Source of the DNA: Lama glama
Lineage: Eukaryota
Length of the DNA stretch: 64,000 nt
Direction of reading: 5' to 3'
Assembly: GCA_028534125.1 (NCBI GenBank)
Contig: CM052816.1
Coordinates: forward strand, 1 to 64,000
Shown: in pieces, positions 50,980 to 64,000 of the stretch
Layout: each line of letters opens with the position of its first letter
How positions within the stretch are numbered: position 1 is the stretch's first letter
Notes under the pieces: generated by a model
Told to the model about the DNA's origin: nothing
Databases searched by the model: none
Seen by the model: only the letters and a program-made list of their open reading frames with translations
Translations under genes and position numbers: made by a program

Positions 50980-51620
50980 CATTCGTGGCCGCCCTAGCTG
51001 GGCCGGGAGGCGGATTAGAGAACATTCCATGAACTCTGCTGCCCGGCCTTCCTGGCCGGGCTGGCGGCAGCCTTTGGAGACCTCTGGCTGACCCAGCTCC
51101 TCCCGGAAGGCAGCCCGGAATTCCCATCAGCGTGCACCTGGCCAGGCCCCTGCCCGCAACTAAGTGGATGCCCATCCCGGGAACGCCCTCGGGGACGGGC
51201 CAGTGCAGCGAGGGGAGTAAGACCCTGCCGCTCCCAGTCCTGGGGTCAGGGGTCAGAGGGCAGCCGGGGACAGGTCACCAGCACAGCTCTACTGTAGTCC
51301 CCTAGGGACAGTGGTCACTGACGGCTCCCTTGAATTGCTGGCAGGTGTCCTGGCTGAGAGGACATAGACGAGCGCAGCGCGCAGAACCCAGTCTGGCTCC
51401 CCGGCAAGCCTGTCGGGTCCCGCTGCCAGCCCTCGGGGTAGGAGATGCCCTCACAATCACTCTGTGGTCGTGGGGTTTTGTTATCACCGCAGTCCAGGTC
51501 CCAGCCTCCCAGGACACACAGAGGCCTGGCGGACACCGGTGGTGAAGGCGCCAGGAGCGGTCAGCTGGGCCAGCCACCGTCCCCACTCGTCCACTGATCG
51601 ACGCTTCTCTGACCGCAGGA
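50980..51620. promoter_or_regulatory. GC/CpG-enriched segment, possible regulatory element
   Basis: Visibly higher CpG density than the flanks; GC-box-like 'gggaggcgg'; no repeat recognised. Confidence 0.35.
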
Positions 51621-52214
51621 ATCTGCCTCCCATTTCTCCAAGTTCAAAGGCAGATGGCTGATGTGGGTGTGCCCGTCCCCTGCTGCTCCTGGATCCCGGG
51701 TCTCAGTGTACTGGCCTGAGAGGAGAGGGGCTCTGCTCTGTGCTGTCTGTCCATTGCTCTGCTCCCACTGAGGGGCCATGACCCACGAACGTGCGGCAGG
51801 AGCCCTCCAACAGCGGCCTCAGCAGCAGACTTGATTTAGGTGCCGGGCGGCTGGGAGCAGCTCTGGCTCAGCTGGATGCCAGCACATGGTGCTCTGTACT
51901 GACTCAGCTCCTGGCTGACCCACACTTAGGGCCTCCCGGCTCTCAGAGCTTCTCAGCAGATCCTCCCAGACCTCTGTGCTAACCTAAAATTCAGAGTTCA
52001 GGCCTCCACAGACCTGCTCACCATGGTCCCCTCACCCATAAAAGAATATTATGAGGTGTCCCCACATGGCAGTTACAAAGAGGACCTACCATCCTGTGAG
52101 CTTGAGTGGCCTAAATTCCCACCTCTTTCCTTAACTCTCTCTCCCTTACTCCTTCCCAGGCAAATTCAGAACTCCCTGCCAACCCCAGGCTACCCAGGAA
52201 ATCTTCGTATCAAT

Positions 52215-52402
52215 CATGCCTGTCTAGAACATCCTGTCTCAATTCCCAGGCCTGTCCTAGAACTCCTTGTTTTCTGAAGCCCTGTTCTAGAACTTTCTGC
52301 CTTCCCCCAGGCCTATTCTAGAAGTCTCTGTCTCCCCAGGCCTCTCCTAGACTCCTTGCCCTCCCCTGCCTCTTGCAGTCCTGTCCTAGAAACTCCCTGC
52401 CC
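52215..52402. repeat. Degenerate tandem repeat of about 30 bp (core CCTGTCCTAGAACT), about 6 copies
   Basis: Periodic 'cctgt(c/t)ctagaa' motif. Confidence 0.75.
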
Positions 52403-53459
52403 CTCTGGATGGGGCCAGGCCATGTGACTGCAGTATTTCCTGCTTTGTGTCGGCCACAGAAGGACGCAGTCTCGTGGATTTTGCTGATCTCCATGGGTGC
52501 AGATGCTAGGCGACTCCTGCTCTGATGGTCGAGAGCAATCAAGGATGCTCTACGTTGCTAACGATGGACCTGGTGACAGCCCTGTGCCTCGGACTGCTGG
52601 GTGGCTTCCCTACTTGGCAATGGGGAGTCACTTCAGACTCAAAGGCTGTGTGATTCTCCTAGACCCCTAGATTCTGAGAGTCAAAGCTGGTTTTCAGTCC
52701 TCAGAACCTGTGATGGAGGGTTTGCTGCTCTTTGAGATCCCCAAGTTCTCTGCTAATGCTACATGAGGTTCTCATGAGTCCCTGTGGGGCAGCTCCCTTG
52801 CTGGCCAGCTGTGTAACTTTAATAAATCAGATGGGAGGTTGCTGAAGTTCCTTCAGAGATGACAGATGACAACAGGTTGCATGCACCTCTTTCTGGAAGA
52901 CTTTGGAGGTGACTTGGTCACTGTCAAGGTAGGACATCTTCAGCAATGTCCCTCTCTGTGCCTGGCTTCCAGCCATCTCCCCATTCCATTGATAAGGCTG
53001 GTCTTACTGCATGGTGTTTTGCTGTGGAAAACCAGAGGGTGAGGTCCTGCAGAACACCTGGATCTCAGGTCAAGGTTGCTACCCTCAGAGAGCTCAGGGT
53101 TCAGTTGCAAAGATGAGCCTCCACCAGGATGATGAGGGCCACAGGAGGGAATGTGCTCAACCCAGGACACAGAGGAGTGAGGGGTGCAGTCCTAGGTGGG
53201 AACTCAGGGGTAGGGCTGGGGTCCAAGCCACTGAGGTGAGACCCAGAGTGGCCAGCGGCTTGGAAGTCTGCCTGGAGTCCCTCAAGGATGGCATAGCCCA
53301 GATGTGGACAGGAGAGGTAGGCTAAAGAGAACAGTTGAGGAGAGGAGAGGTGGTGGGTAAGACTGGGAGAAATGATATAGTCAGGCCTGGGTGTGGGCTG
53401 GAGAAAGGAGTCCAGAGTCAGGAGGGTGCGTCAGGCTGAGGAATGTATCTGGGATGTGG

Positions 53460-54550
53460 GAAGCAATGAAAGTTTCCTAAGAACCCAAATTCAAAAGAAT
53501 CATCTGCCAGACTTAATCAAAATTTTAAAAATTTGTGCATCAAAGGACACTATCAAACGAGTGGAAAGATTCTTTAAGAGAGAGTGGAAGAAAGTATTTT
53601 TAAATCACATATCTGATTAGGAATTAATATCCAGAATATACAGAGGACCTCCTAAAACTCAACAACAAAAGACAAAAACCCAATTGAAAAACTAGTAAAG
53701 GACTTGAAGAGACATTTCTCCAAAGAAGACACACGAATGGCCAACAAGCACATGAAAAAGATGCTCAACATCACTAGTCATTAGGGAAATGCAAACCCAA
53801 ACCACAGTGAGATATCACTTCACACCCATCAGGATGGATATTATAAAAAATAAAAATGAAGCAAAACAAAACAAAACAGAAAATAACAAGTGCTGGTGAG
53901 GATGTGGAAAACCTGGGACCCTTGTGCATTGCTGGTGAGAATATAAAATAGTGCAGCTGATGTGGAAAACGGTTTGGTGGTTCCTCAAAAGGCTGAACTT
54001 AGAATTGCGATTCAGCAATTCTGTTCTAGGTGTAAGCCCAGAATTGAAAGCAGGGAAACAGATATTTGCACATCTGTGTTCATTCACAGTAGCACTATTC
54101 ACAAGAGCCAAAAGGTGGAAACAACCCAACTGCTCATCAGTGGATGAATGGATAAACAAGATGTGGTATATCCATTCAATAGAATATTATTCAGCCTTAA
54201 ATAGAAATGAAATTCTGACACATACTACAGCATGGATAAATCTTGTGAACATTATGCTAAGTGAAATAAACCAGACACAAAGGGACAAATACCATCCTAT
54301 TTACATGAGCTTCCTAGAACAGGCAAATTCATAGACATAAAAGTAGAATAGAGGTCACCAGGGGGTGGGAGTGAGTAACAAGAAATAATTTAATGGATAC
54401 TCAGTCTCTACTTGATGTGATGAAAAGTTTCTGGAAACAAATGGTGGTGATAGTTACACAGCATCGTGAATGTACTTAATGCCACTGAATTGTACACTTA
54501 TAAATGGCTGAAATGGTAAAATTTATTTTATGTACATTTTATTACAATAA
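53460..54550 (+). mobile_element. Old 5'-truncated L1 (L1MB-like)
   Basis: ORF2 C-terminus ([35 protein letters not shown]); 3' UTR 'gtgaatgtacttaatgccactgaattgtacacttataaatggctgaaatggtaaaatt'. Confidence 0.9.
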
Positions 54551-55214
54551 GAAGATGTAATAAGAAAATTCACTAAAACATTATTTGTAGTAATGAAATA
54601 TTAAAATAAATGTATATCAATCAATGAACTCTGAAAAGCATGCAGTAGAGCATTGAATATTAAAGAGGAAAGCTAAAAACATTTGCCATCTCTGATGACA
54701 TTTATGGCTCAACATTCTTTATACCCCAACATTTCATGATTTCTGTTATTATTGGTACCTCATTCCTAACAATATTTTTTCTAATTTGGGAGGATTAATT
54801 TAGTTCTTGAAATTAAGCACAAGTTTTTACATAATTGAGGTTAAACTTTTTCCCTATAATGATTAGCCTATATGTTTATGACCCACAGAGAAGAACCAAA
54901 AACAAAGTCAAAACTAATCATTTTATGTATTTTATGCACACATGTAGGTAACATGCAGGCCTGAGTAATGAAATGGCAGATCACTTTTTTCTCCGTAGTC
55001 CAACCAAATCCTATTTCAATCCCATCAATAGTGTGAGCTTTAATTTTTGCCACTTTATACACTTTAAATATTTTGGAAATTTAAAAATTATCTCTTTTTT
55101 GTTTACATTTTTACTTTTCTGTTCTTTTTTCTTTCTTTTTTAAAAAATACTTTTCTTGTTTTCTGATAATATAGGCATTTTAAAGTGCTTTTTTGGGAAA
55201 TATATTTATTTACT

Positions 55215-57307
55215 TTTTAATTTTTTATTGTGAAATGATTATAGACTTAATGGGAAGCTGCAGTTATAGTGCAAAGTGACTCAGCTACCTTTCATAAAAG
55301 AGTGACATCTTTTACAATTGTAGTATAATGTCAAAACCAGAAAATTAACATTGATGCAATACAGAGAACTAAATTACAGACCTTAGTCAATTTTCACCTT
55401 TTTAAAAAACTATGTGTGTGTGTGTGTGTAGCTCTTTGCAACTGGATTTCATGAATAGATTCGCATAACCACCATCATGGTATAGAACTGTTCCATCACC
55501 ACAAAGGAGCTCGAGTACTGCCCCTTTATACTCATACCTCCCTGAAAACCCACTTCTCTATAAAGCAATATCAAAAGTTGTCAAAATCAACTTTCTCAGA
55601 ACTCTGGAAACTAATCAAAAGTTTGCCACAGCCCAAAGAGCATTTAATAAAGGAAAATATATGAAAAGGATTATACGCCATAAATGAGGTGCGATTTATA
55701 TCATATTTAAGAAAACACTGACTAACTCAAAACCAAGGAGATTTACTCTTATGTTTTCTTCTAAGAGTTTTACAGTTTTAGCTCTTACATTCAGGCTTTT
55801 ATGATCGTTTTGAGCTAATTTTTGTGTGTGGTATCCTTATGCCAACACCACACTGTCTTTGTGTAATTTTGTAGACTTAAAATCAGAAAGTATGAGTCTT
55901 CCAACTTTGGGGCCGTTTTTGTTTTCAAAATTGTTTTGGCAAATCTGAATCCTTCAGTTTTATATAAATTTTAGGATCATTTTGCTGAATTCTGCAAAAA
56001 AAAATCAGCAGCTGAGATTTTGATAGGAATTTCATTGACTCTGTAGATCAGTTTGGGGAGCATCATAACAATATTAAGTCTTCTGACCCATGGAACATTG
56101 AATTTCTTTCTATTTATTTAGATATTTAAAAAATTCTTTCTAGAAGGCTTTATGATTTTCAATGTACAAAGCAGCCACTTCTCCTATTTAATTTATTCCT
56201 AAGTGTTTTGTTCTTTTTGGTAATATTGTAAATGGAATTGTTTTATTAATTTCATTTTTAATTGTTCAGTACTTCTTATTTTCCAATCTTGATGCTTTTT
56301 ATTTCTTTTCTTGCCTAATTTCCCTGGCTGGAGCCCCCAGCAAAATGCTGAATAGAAGTGGTGAGAGCAGACATCTTTGTTGTGTTCCTAATCTTACGGA
56401 GAAAACATCCAGACATTCACCATTAAGTATGATGTTAGCTGTGAGGTTTTTGCAGACACTCTTTATCAGGTTGAGAAAGTCCTTCATATTCCTACTTCGT
56501 GGAGTATTTTATTATGAAAGGGTGTTGAGTTTTTTCAAATTCTTTTTTTGTATTTGAGATTATTATGTGGGCTTTTTTCTTAATCTATTAATATGGTTTA
56601 TTATGTTCATTGATTTGGGGCTATTAACCAATTTCTGGCATAAATCCCACTCGGTCATGGTATCTAATTCATCTCATTTGTTGCTGGATTCAGTTTGACA
56701 CTATTTTACCAAGGATTTTTGTGTCTATATTATAAGAGATAACAGTCTATGGTTTTCTTGTGATGGTGTTGTCTGTGTTTGGTATCAGGGAAATACTGGC
56801 TTCAAAGAATGAGTTGAGAAGTGTTCCTTCTAAATCTATTTTTGGAACAGTTTGTAAATGAGTGATATTAATACTTCTTTAAATGATGGTAGAATTCACC
56901 ATTGGAGCTATCTAGTCCTGGGCTTTTCTTTGTGGGAACTCTTTAGATAAACCTGTCCATTTTATCTAAATTATCTCGTTTGTTGGCATACAGTTGTTCA
57001 TAATATCTCCCCATGAACCTTTTTTGGTAAATCATTCCTGATTATAGTAATGTGAGTCCTTTTTTTTCTTTTTCACTGTGGCTAAAGATTTGTCAATTTT
57101 GTTGATCTTTTCAAAGAGCAAACGTTTGGTTTTGTTGATTGTCTCAATTTTATTTTCTATTTTTATTTCATTGGTTCCCTCTAATCTTTATCATTTCCTT
57201 CCTTTTGTTTGCTTTGGTTTTAGTTTCTGTTCTTTCTTGTTGCTTAAGGTCATTATTGATTTGAGAGCTTTTTTCATGCTGGCATTTAAAGCTTAAAAGT
57301 TACTTTT
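55215..57307 (-). mobile_element. Old fragmented L1 (L1M-type) 3' UTR and ORF2
   Basis: Minus-strand peptide LTANIILNGECLDVFSVRLGTQQRCLLSPLLFSILL; continues at 60433-60812 beyond a younger insertion. Confidence 0.85.
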
Positions 57308-60300
57308 TAATTTTTTTTTACTATATCATATTTTTTTTTAAATTGAAGTATAGTTGATGTACAATATTATGTTACAGGTGTACAATATAATGTCACAAAT
57401 TTTTAAAGATTATACTCCATTTATAGTTATTGTAAAATATTAGCTATATTCCCCATGTTGCACAATACATCCTTGTAGCTTATTTTATGCCTGATAGTTT
57501 TTACCTCTAAATCCCCCCACCTCCATTACTGCCCCTCCCCCTTCCCTCTTCCCAATGGTACCACTAGCTCCTTCTCTACATCTGTGAGTTGGTTTGTTTT
57601 CTGTTATATTCACCAGTTTGTTGCATTTTTTTTAGATTCCACATATAAGTGATATCTTGCAGTATTTGTCTTTCTCTGTCTGACTTATTTCACTTAGCAT
57701 AATGCCCTCCAAGTCCATTCATACTGTACACCAGAAACTAATATGACATTTTTTACTGCACATATTTTAAAAAATTTACATGTATGTACTGTTCATTGTT
57801 TCTAAGAATGTTTAGAGCTTTACCTTTTCAAACTTACATAGTTATCAAAGGAATAAAGCCAACCACGAAATAAGAATTAATTCAAAAAGATACATACACC
57901 ACGCTATTAACAGCAACACTATTTACAATTGCCAAGACATGGAAGCATCTCAAGTGCACATCAACAGATGAATGGATAAAGAAGATGCAGCACATATATA
58001 TGTAATGGAATACAGCTCACGCATAAGAAAGAAGGGTATGTTGCCATCTGCAGCACTTCATTCACTTTTTTTCCACTTCAAACACCAGAATTTTATAACT
58101 GGAATAAACATTTCCATTGCATCAAAAACAACAAAATACCTAGAAATAAACTTAACCAAGGAGGTTACCTATACTCTGAAAACCAAAAACCGAAATGACA
58201 CAAAGAAATGGAAAGATTGCTTGTGCTTTTGGACTGGAAAAAACAACACTATCAAAATGGCCATACTACCCAAAGCGATCCACAGATCCAATGCAACTGC
58301 TGTTAAAATATTCATGGCATTCCTCACAGAACTAGAACAAACAATTTCAAAATTTATAAGGAACCACAAAAGACCCCAAACAGCCAAAACATTCTTTTGT
58401 AGGTCTTTTTACCCCTTTTTCTTCTTTTTGTTCTCTTTTCTTATGGTTTGATGACGAGAGAAGGTCCTTTAACATTTGTTGTAAAGCCTGTTTGGTGGTG
58501 TTGAATTCTTTTACTTCTGTTTATCTGTGAAGCTTTTGATTTCTCCATCAAATCTGAATGAGAGCCTTTCTGGATAGCGTATTCTTGGTTGTAAGTTTTT
58601 CCCTTTAATCACTTTAAATATATCATGCCACTCCCTTCTGGCCTGTAGAGTTTCTTCTAAAAAAAAATCAGCTGATAACCTTATGGGAGTTCACTTGTAT
58701 ATTATTTATTGCTTTTCTCTTACTAATTTTAATACTTTCTTCTTATCCTTAATTGTCAATTTGATGACTATGTGCCTTGGTGTGTTCCTCTGTGGGTTGA
58801 TCCTGTGTGGAACTCTCTGTGCTTCCTGGACTTGGGTAACTGTTTCCTTCCCCAAGTTGGGGAAGTTTTCAGTTATTATCTCTCCCCAGATTTTCTCAGG
58901 TCCTTTCTCTTTCTGGGATCCTTATAATGCGAATATTAGAGTGCTTCTTGTTGTCCCAAAGTTGTCTTAAACTATTCTCATTTCTTTTCATTCTTTTTTT
59001 CTTTTTTTCTGTTCTGAAGAAGTGATTTCCACTAATCTGCCTTCTAGCTCACTGATCTGTTCTTCTGCTTCATTTATTCTCTTCCTGGTTCCTTCTAGTG
59101 TGTTATTCGTTTCAGTGATTTTATTCTTCAACTCTATTTGGGTGTTCTTTATATTTGCCAACTCTTCGCTAAAAACTTCACTCTGTGCCTCTGTACCCCT
59201 CTTGAGTTCTCTGAACATCCTGGCCATCATTACTTTAAACTCTTTCTCAGATAAATTGTCGATCTCCTCATCACTTATTTCTTCTTCTGGGGTTTTATCT
59301 TGTGCCTTGGCCTGGGAGATATTCCTCTGCCCTCTCATATCATCTATTTTTCTATTTGTGTTTTTAAGTAGGTTAGTTATGTTTCTTGACCTTGGAGAGG
59401 TGGCTGTCACTCTGTGGGAGACGTCTTATGTGTCCCAGCAGTACACTCCTCTCTTGTCACCCAAGGGCCAGGGTCCAGCCAGTCCCAGTGTAGAGTCTGA
59501 CCTGTGTTTGTAGATTCCTTCCACAGGCTTTGGGATTGTTGTTTTCTGATTTCTAGTATCTGCCCCTGGTGGATGAGGCTGGACTAGAGGCTTATGCAGG
59601 TTTCCTGGCAGGAGGAGCCTGTGTCTGCCCACTGCTGGGTGAAGCTTTGTCCTGGACCTCTGGTGGGTAGGGCTGTGTCTAGAGGCCTTTGTGGCTTAGG
59701 AAGTCAATGACGGGTGGGGCTGTGTTCCCACTCTGTATGTTGTTTGGCCTGAGGCTTTCCTACAGGTTGTTGGATGGGGCTAGGTCTTGATGCTAATGAT
59801 CCATCAAGATGTCAGCCTCCAGGAAAGCTCATGTAGATGAACACTTCTGGAGTGTCTGCCACCAGCTTTTATGTCCCCTGGGTGAGCCACAGCCATCCCC
59901 CATGTTCCCAAAAGACCCAAAATCAACACGCAGGCCTGGCCCAGGTTCCTATGAAATCACTGCTTCTGCCCTTGGACCTGGTGCATACAAGTTTCTGTGT
60001 ATGCTTCCCAAGTGAATGAGGTCTCTACTTCCCCCAGCCCCGTGGGGATCCCAGAGCCAAACCCCACTGGCCTTCAAAGCCAGATGTCCTGGGGTCTCCT
60101 CCTCCCAATGCTTGAACCCTGGGCTGGGGAGCCTGACGTGGGGCTCAGATCTCTTACTTCTGTGGGAGGGCCTCTGCAACTTAACTACTCTCCAGCTTGT
60201 GGGTCGCCCACCTGGGGGGTATGGGGCCCAATTATATCTTGAGCACCCTTCCTACCATCCTGCTGTGTTTCTCTCTTTATATTCCAGTTGCAGAAGATCT

Positions 60301-60432
60301 TTTTTGCTAGATTTCAGTCTTTTTCTTTTTTTGATGGTTGTTTAGCTTTCAGTTGTGTTTTCATTGTAGTCACAAGGAAAGGTGAGTTTGTGGTCTTACC
60401 ATTTCACCATCCTGACTGGAAAAATCTCTATG
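57308..60432 (-). mobile_element. Mosaic ORF1-only L1 derivative ('L1-C')
   Basis: 5' UTR from about 60430; disrupted ORF1 at about 59338-58456; opposite-strand fragments at 57723-58390; 3' UTR and poly(A) at 57308-57722; TSD aagttactttt at 57297-57307 and 60433-60443. Confidence 0.82.
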
Positions 60433-60812
60433 AAGTTACTTTTAAGAGTTGCTTTAGCTACAGCTCATGTTTTGATGTGTTGTGATGTTGTGCTTTATTT
60501 TCATTCACCTCAAAATATCTCAAAGTTTTCTGACTTACCTTGTCATATTTTCTTTGACCTATTTGTTATTTACAGGAGTGTTATTTACTTTCCACATATT
60601 TATGAATTTCTCAGATTTTATTCTATTATTCATTTCAGATTTTATTCCATTTTGGCTAAAAAAACATAAATCGTATGATTTCAATTCTTTAAATTTATTG
60701 AGGCTTATTTTTTGACTTAGCATGTGGTCTATTCTAGAGATCATGCCATGTGTTCTAGAGAAGAATGTGCATTCTTCTGTTGTTGAATGAAGTGTTACAT
60801 AGATCTCAGTTA
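60433..60812 (-). mobile_element. Continuation of the old L1 ORF2 (endonuclease region)
   Basis: Minus-strand peptide LHSTTEECTFFSRTHGMISRIDHMLSQKISLNKFKEL. Confidence 0.85.
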
Positions 60813-60814
60813 CA

Positions 60815-63800
60815 TTGTTCATTGGAGATTTTACTTGTTTCTTGAAGAAGGTCTGCATTGCTAAAACTCACCTATTAGAACAGATTTTGCTGCATCCCAT
60901 AGATTTTGGAGAGTTGTCTGTCCCCTCCATTTGTTTCAAGATATTTTCTGATGTCCTTGTTGATTTCTTCATTGACCCACTGGTTTTTTTTAATAGCACG
61001 TTGTTTAGTCTCCATGTATTTGTGCTTTTCCTATTTTTCTTCTGTAACTGATTTCTGGTTTTATATTAGAATTCAATTTGTGGTTGGAAAAAAATGCTTT
61101 ATATAATTTCTATCCTCTTAAATTTGTTGGATGTGTTTTGTAGCCTAGCATGTGATCTATCTTGGAGAAGCGAATATTCTGGGTATACTTGGAAAAAATG
61201 TATCTTTTTGGATGGAATGTCCTGCAGATATCTATTAAGTCCAACTGGCCTATTGTGTCATTTAAGACCATTATTACCTTACTGATTTTCTATCTGGATG
61301 ATCTGTCTGTTGATGTAAGTGGGGTGTTAAAGTTCTCTACTATGAGTGCATTCTTGTCAGTCTCTCCCTTTATATCTGTTAATATTTGCTTTATATATTT
61401 AGGTGCTGCTGTATTGGGTATAATATCTTCTTCTTGTGTTAAAATCTTTATCCTTATGTAATGCCCTTCTTTGTCTTTTGTTACTTTGTTTTAAAGTTTA
61501 TTTTTCTGATATGAATATTGCTACACTCATTTTCTTATTTCTCTTTGCATGCAATATCTTTTTCCATCCCCTTGCATTCAATGTGTGTGTGTCTTTAGCT
61601 CAGAAGAGAACATCTTTCCCCCATGCTTTGTGTATTTGATGTTATATTTTACATCTTCATGTTTATCCCACTGTATTTATATCTGATTTTACAACTTTTC
61701 ATCTATTAATCTTTGTACTAAATTATTTAAGTGGTTGATCTTCAGACTTTACTAGTGGGATTTTTCCTTTCCTATGGATACTTAATTATTTTTACAGTCT
61801 TTTCTTTTCTACTTAGAGAAGACCCTTTAACATTTCTTTTAGGGTTGGTTTAGTATTAATGAACTCTTAGTGTTTGCTTGTCTGAGAAGTTCTTTATCTT
61901 TTTTTCAATTTAAATGTTAGTCTTGCTGAATAGAGTATCCTAGGTTGCAATTTTCCGCCTTCCAGTCCTTTGAATATATCATGCCTCTCCCCTCTAGCCT
62001 GCAAAGTTTCTGCAGAAAAATCATCTTATAGCCTTATTGTAATTCCCTTGTATATGATCCTATTTTTCTCTTGCTGCCTTTAAAACTCTCTCTTTCACTT
62101 TTGCCAATTTAATTATGATTTTTCTCAGTGTGGTTCTGTTTGAGTTCATCCTCTTTAAGACTCTCTGTACACCCTGTACCTGAAATATGTGTTTCCTTCT
62201 TCAGGCTTGGGAATATTTCATAATTTTATAAATACATTGTCTGATGTCTTCTCTCTGTCTTCTCTTTCTGAGACCCCTATAATGTGAATGTTACTATGCT
62301 TGGTGTTATCCCAAAGATTCCTTAAACTGCCTTCATTTTTATTTGCTTTTCTTTTTGCTGTTCTTACTGGGTGATTTTCATTATTCTGTCTTCCAGATCA
62401 CTGGTACCTTCTTCTCTATCACCTAGTCTGCTGTTCATTCCTTCTAATGGGTTTTGTTTTTATTTCAGTTATTGTATTTTTCAGTTCTGATTGATTCTTT
62501 TTTTATATTTTCTATTCCTTATTAAAATTCTCACTGTGTTAATTTATTTTTCCCTAACTCAGTCATCATTCTTATTACTAATGCTGTGAATCTTTATCTG
62601 GTAATTTTTTTTCTGTTTCATTAGTTTTTTTTCAGGGGTTTTCTGTTGCTCTTTCAACTGAGACAAATTTGTTCCTCTGTCTTCTCATTTTTTTTTTCTC
62701 TGTCTCTATGAAGTTAAGTGACACAGTTACCTATGGTGGTCTTGAAGGATCCCTATACAGTCTGTGTGTGCCCATTGTCTTTAGTGGGAGAGCTGGATTT
62801 GACATGAACACAAGTCATGTCTTTCCTCAGCGTGTGTTTAAAGCTATCACCTTAGTAGGAGATTTGGCTCAAGTTAGAGGGGTTAGGGCTGGAGCCAAGT
62901 GTGAGGTGGGGCTTCCTCTCTGCTCAGTGGCTGTCACCACCATATCAGGAATGGGTCAGGTCTCAAGTTGCTAGAGCAGAAGACCTGAGGGTTGGGTCCT
63001 AGCTGGATCAGTTTCTTTTAAGTGTGTGACCTTTCCCCTCCCCACACCAGTACTCTTGCCACAGAGGGGAGCACTGCTGGAGCAAGAAGGGTAGATGTAG
63101 GTATTTAGCAAAGGTCAAGACATAGGCTGTGGTGGTCTGGGCACCCTTAGAAATCCATGTGTGTAATCACCAGTAATGATTGCCCTCTCCCTGTTCAGAC
63201 ACTGTTTAGGGTTTCTTCAGCTACCTCAGCATCTTACAGCTGACTGAGCTCTTTCCTTGGTCATAGTAGCCCTTGCTCCAGTGTGGAGCTGTGACATGAG
63301 GAACTCAGTGCTGGAACATTCATTTGGTTCGGGCTGGGGCATGCATGAGGGTGGTTGTGGGTAACAAGTTACCCACCTGCACACTTTCTATCTCAATCTT
63401 CCTTCTCTGCCCTGCTTTGGGAGCAAGTAAGTGCCTGTACAACCTTCATAAATGGAGTGCTGGCTTCCCACTGCCCTCCGGTTAGTCCTACTAGCCCTCC
63501 AACCAGCCAAGGGGGTTCATCTTCCCTTTGTTGTACCCCTGGGCTCAGGTACCCAATTTGTGGCTCAAACCCTTCACTCCCCAGGGAGAGTCTCCACCTT
63601 TTCTTCTAAGTCCTTCCTAGGGTCACAGGTCCTGACCTGATCAGTTCTCTTCCTTTCTCATCTGATTCTGTGTGGCTCTTTCTTACAGCCTTCATTATAC
63701 AGGAGTTTTTCTGCTTGCCTCCAGTTAATTTTCAGTAAGGATTTTCCCCCATGTAGGTGTATTTTTTGATGTGTCCATGGCAGGAAGTGACTTCCATGTC

Positions 63801-63830
63801 CTCCTACTCTGCCATCCTGGTTTCTCTTCA
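60815..63830 (-). mobile_element. 3'-truncated L1 ('L1-D'): 5' UTR, ORF1 (about 62688-61813) and partial ORF2 endonuclease
   Basis: Minus-strand 5' start 'caggatggcagagtaggaggac'; ORF1 begins ATGAGAAGACAGAGGAAC; endonuclease homology to about 60815; no 3' UTR. Confidence 0.85.
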
Positions 63831-64000
63831 GGGCTGTTTTTCTTCTGGTTCTCAGTCATGGTATATGGCCTCAAGTTTTGGATCATCTTTGTTTATGTGC
63901 TGGAAAGATATTTAAGTGTTACTTTTAGAAATAATTTAAGGCTAAAAGTGATATTATCATTATTCTAAGAGGAATTTTGCTTGCTTCTGCTAGGTACAGT

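Noticed and set aside
51300..51620. Possible PRSS38 (trypsin-like) exon: 'GGEGARSGQ' and 'CWQVS'
   Set aside because: The motifs are in the wrong order and I saw no CGGS, AAHC or GDSGGP motifs; no PRSS38 coding sequence recognised in the window.

Overview
Mammalian, repeat-dense genomic DNA, most likely camelid (inferred from Vic-1-type tRNA-derived SINEs and L1 3' UTRs), with two 500-N scaffold gaps. The only host coding sequence I can support is the last coding exon of SNAP47 (2017-2163, +). The rest is intergenic and dominated by transposable elements: MaLR (MLT1) LTRs and a split MLT1 element, MER58-like DNA transposon remnants, old and young LINE-1 copies, and a decayed env-less class I endogenous retrovirus (31394-47631). 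The 5' LTR of that provirus is split by about 9.8 kb of nested L1 and SINE insertions, each with recognisable target-site duplications (TSDs). I found no convincing new gene system. The most notable items are retroelement architectures: two ORF1-only (HAL1-like) L1 derivatives, and an L1 3' end carrying a non-canonical, mRNA-like tail, part of which recurs 32 kb away. Repeat family names come from recalled consensus motifs, not from database searches. Boundaries without a TSD are approximate.
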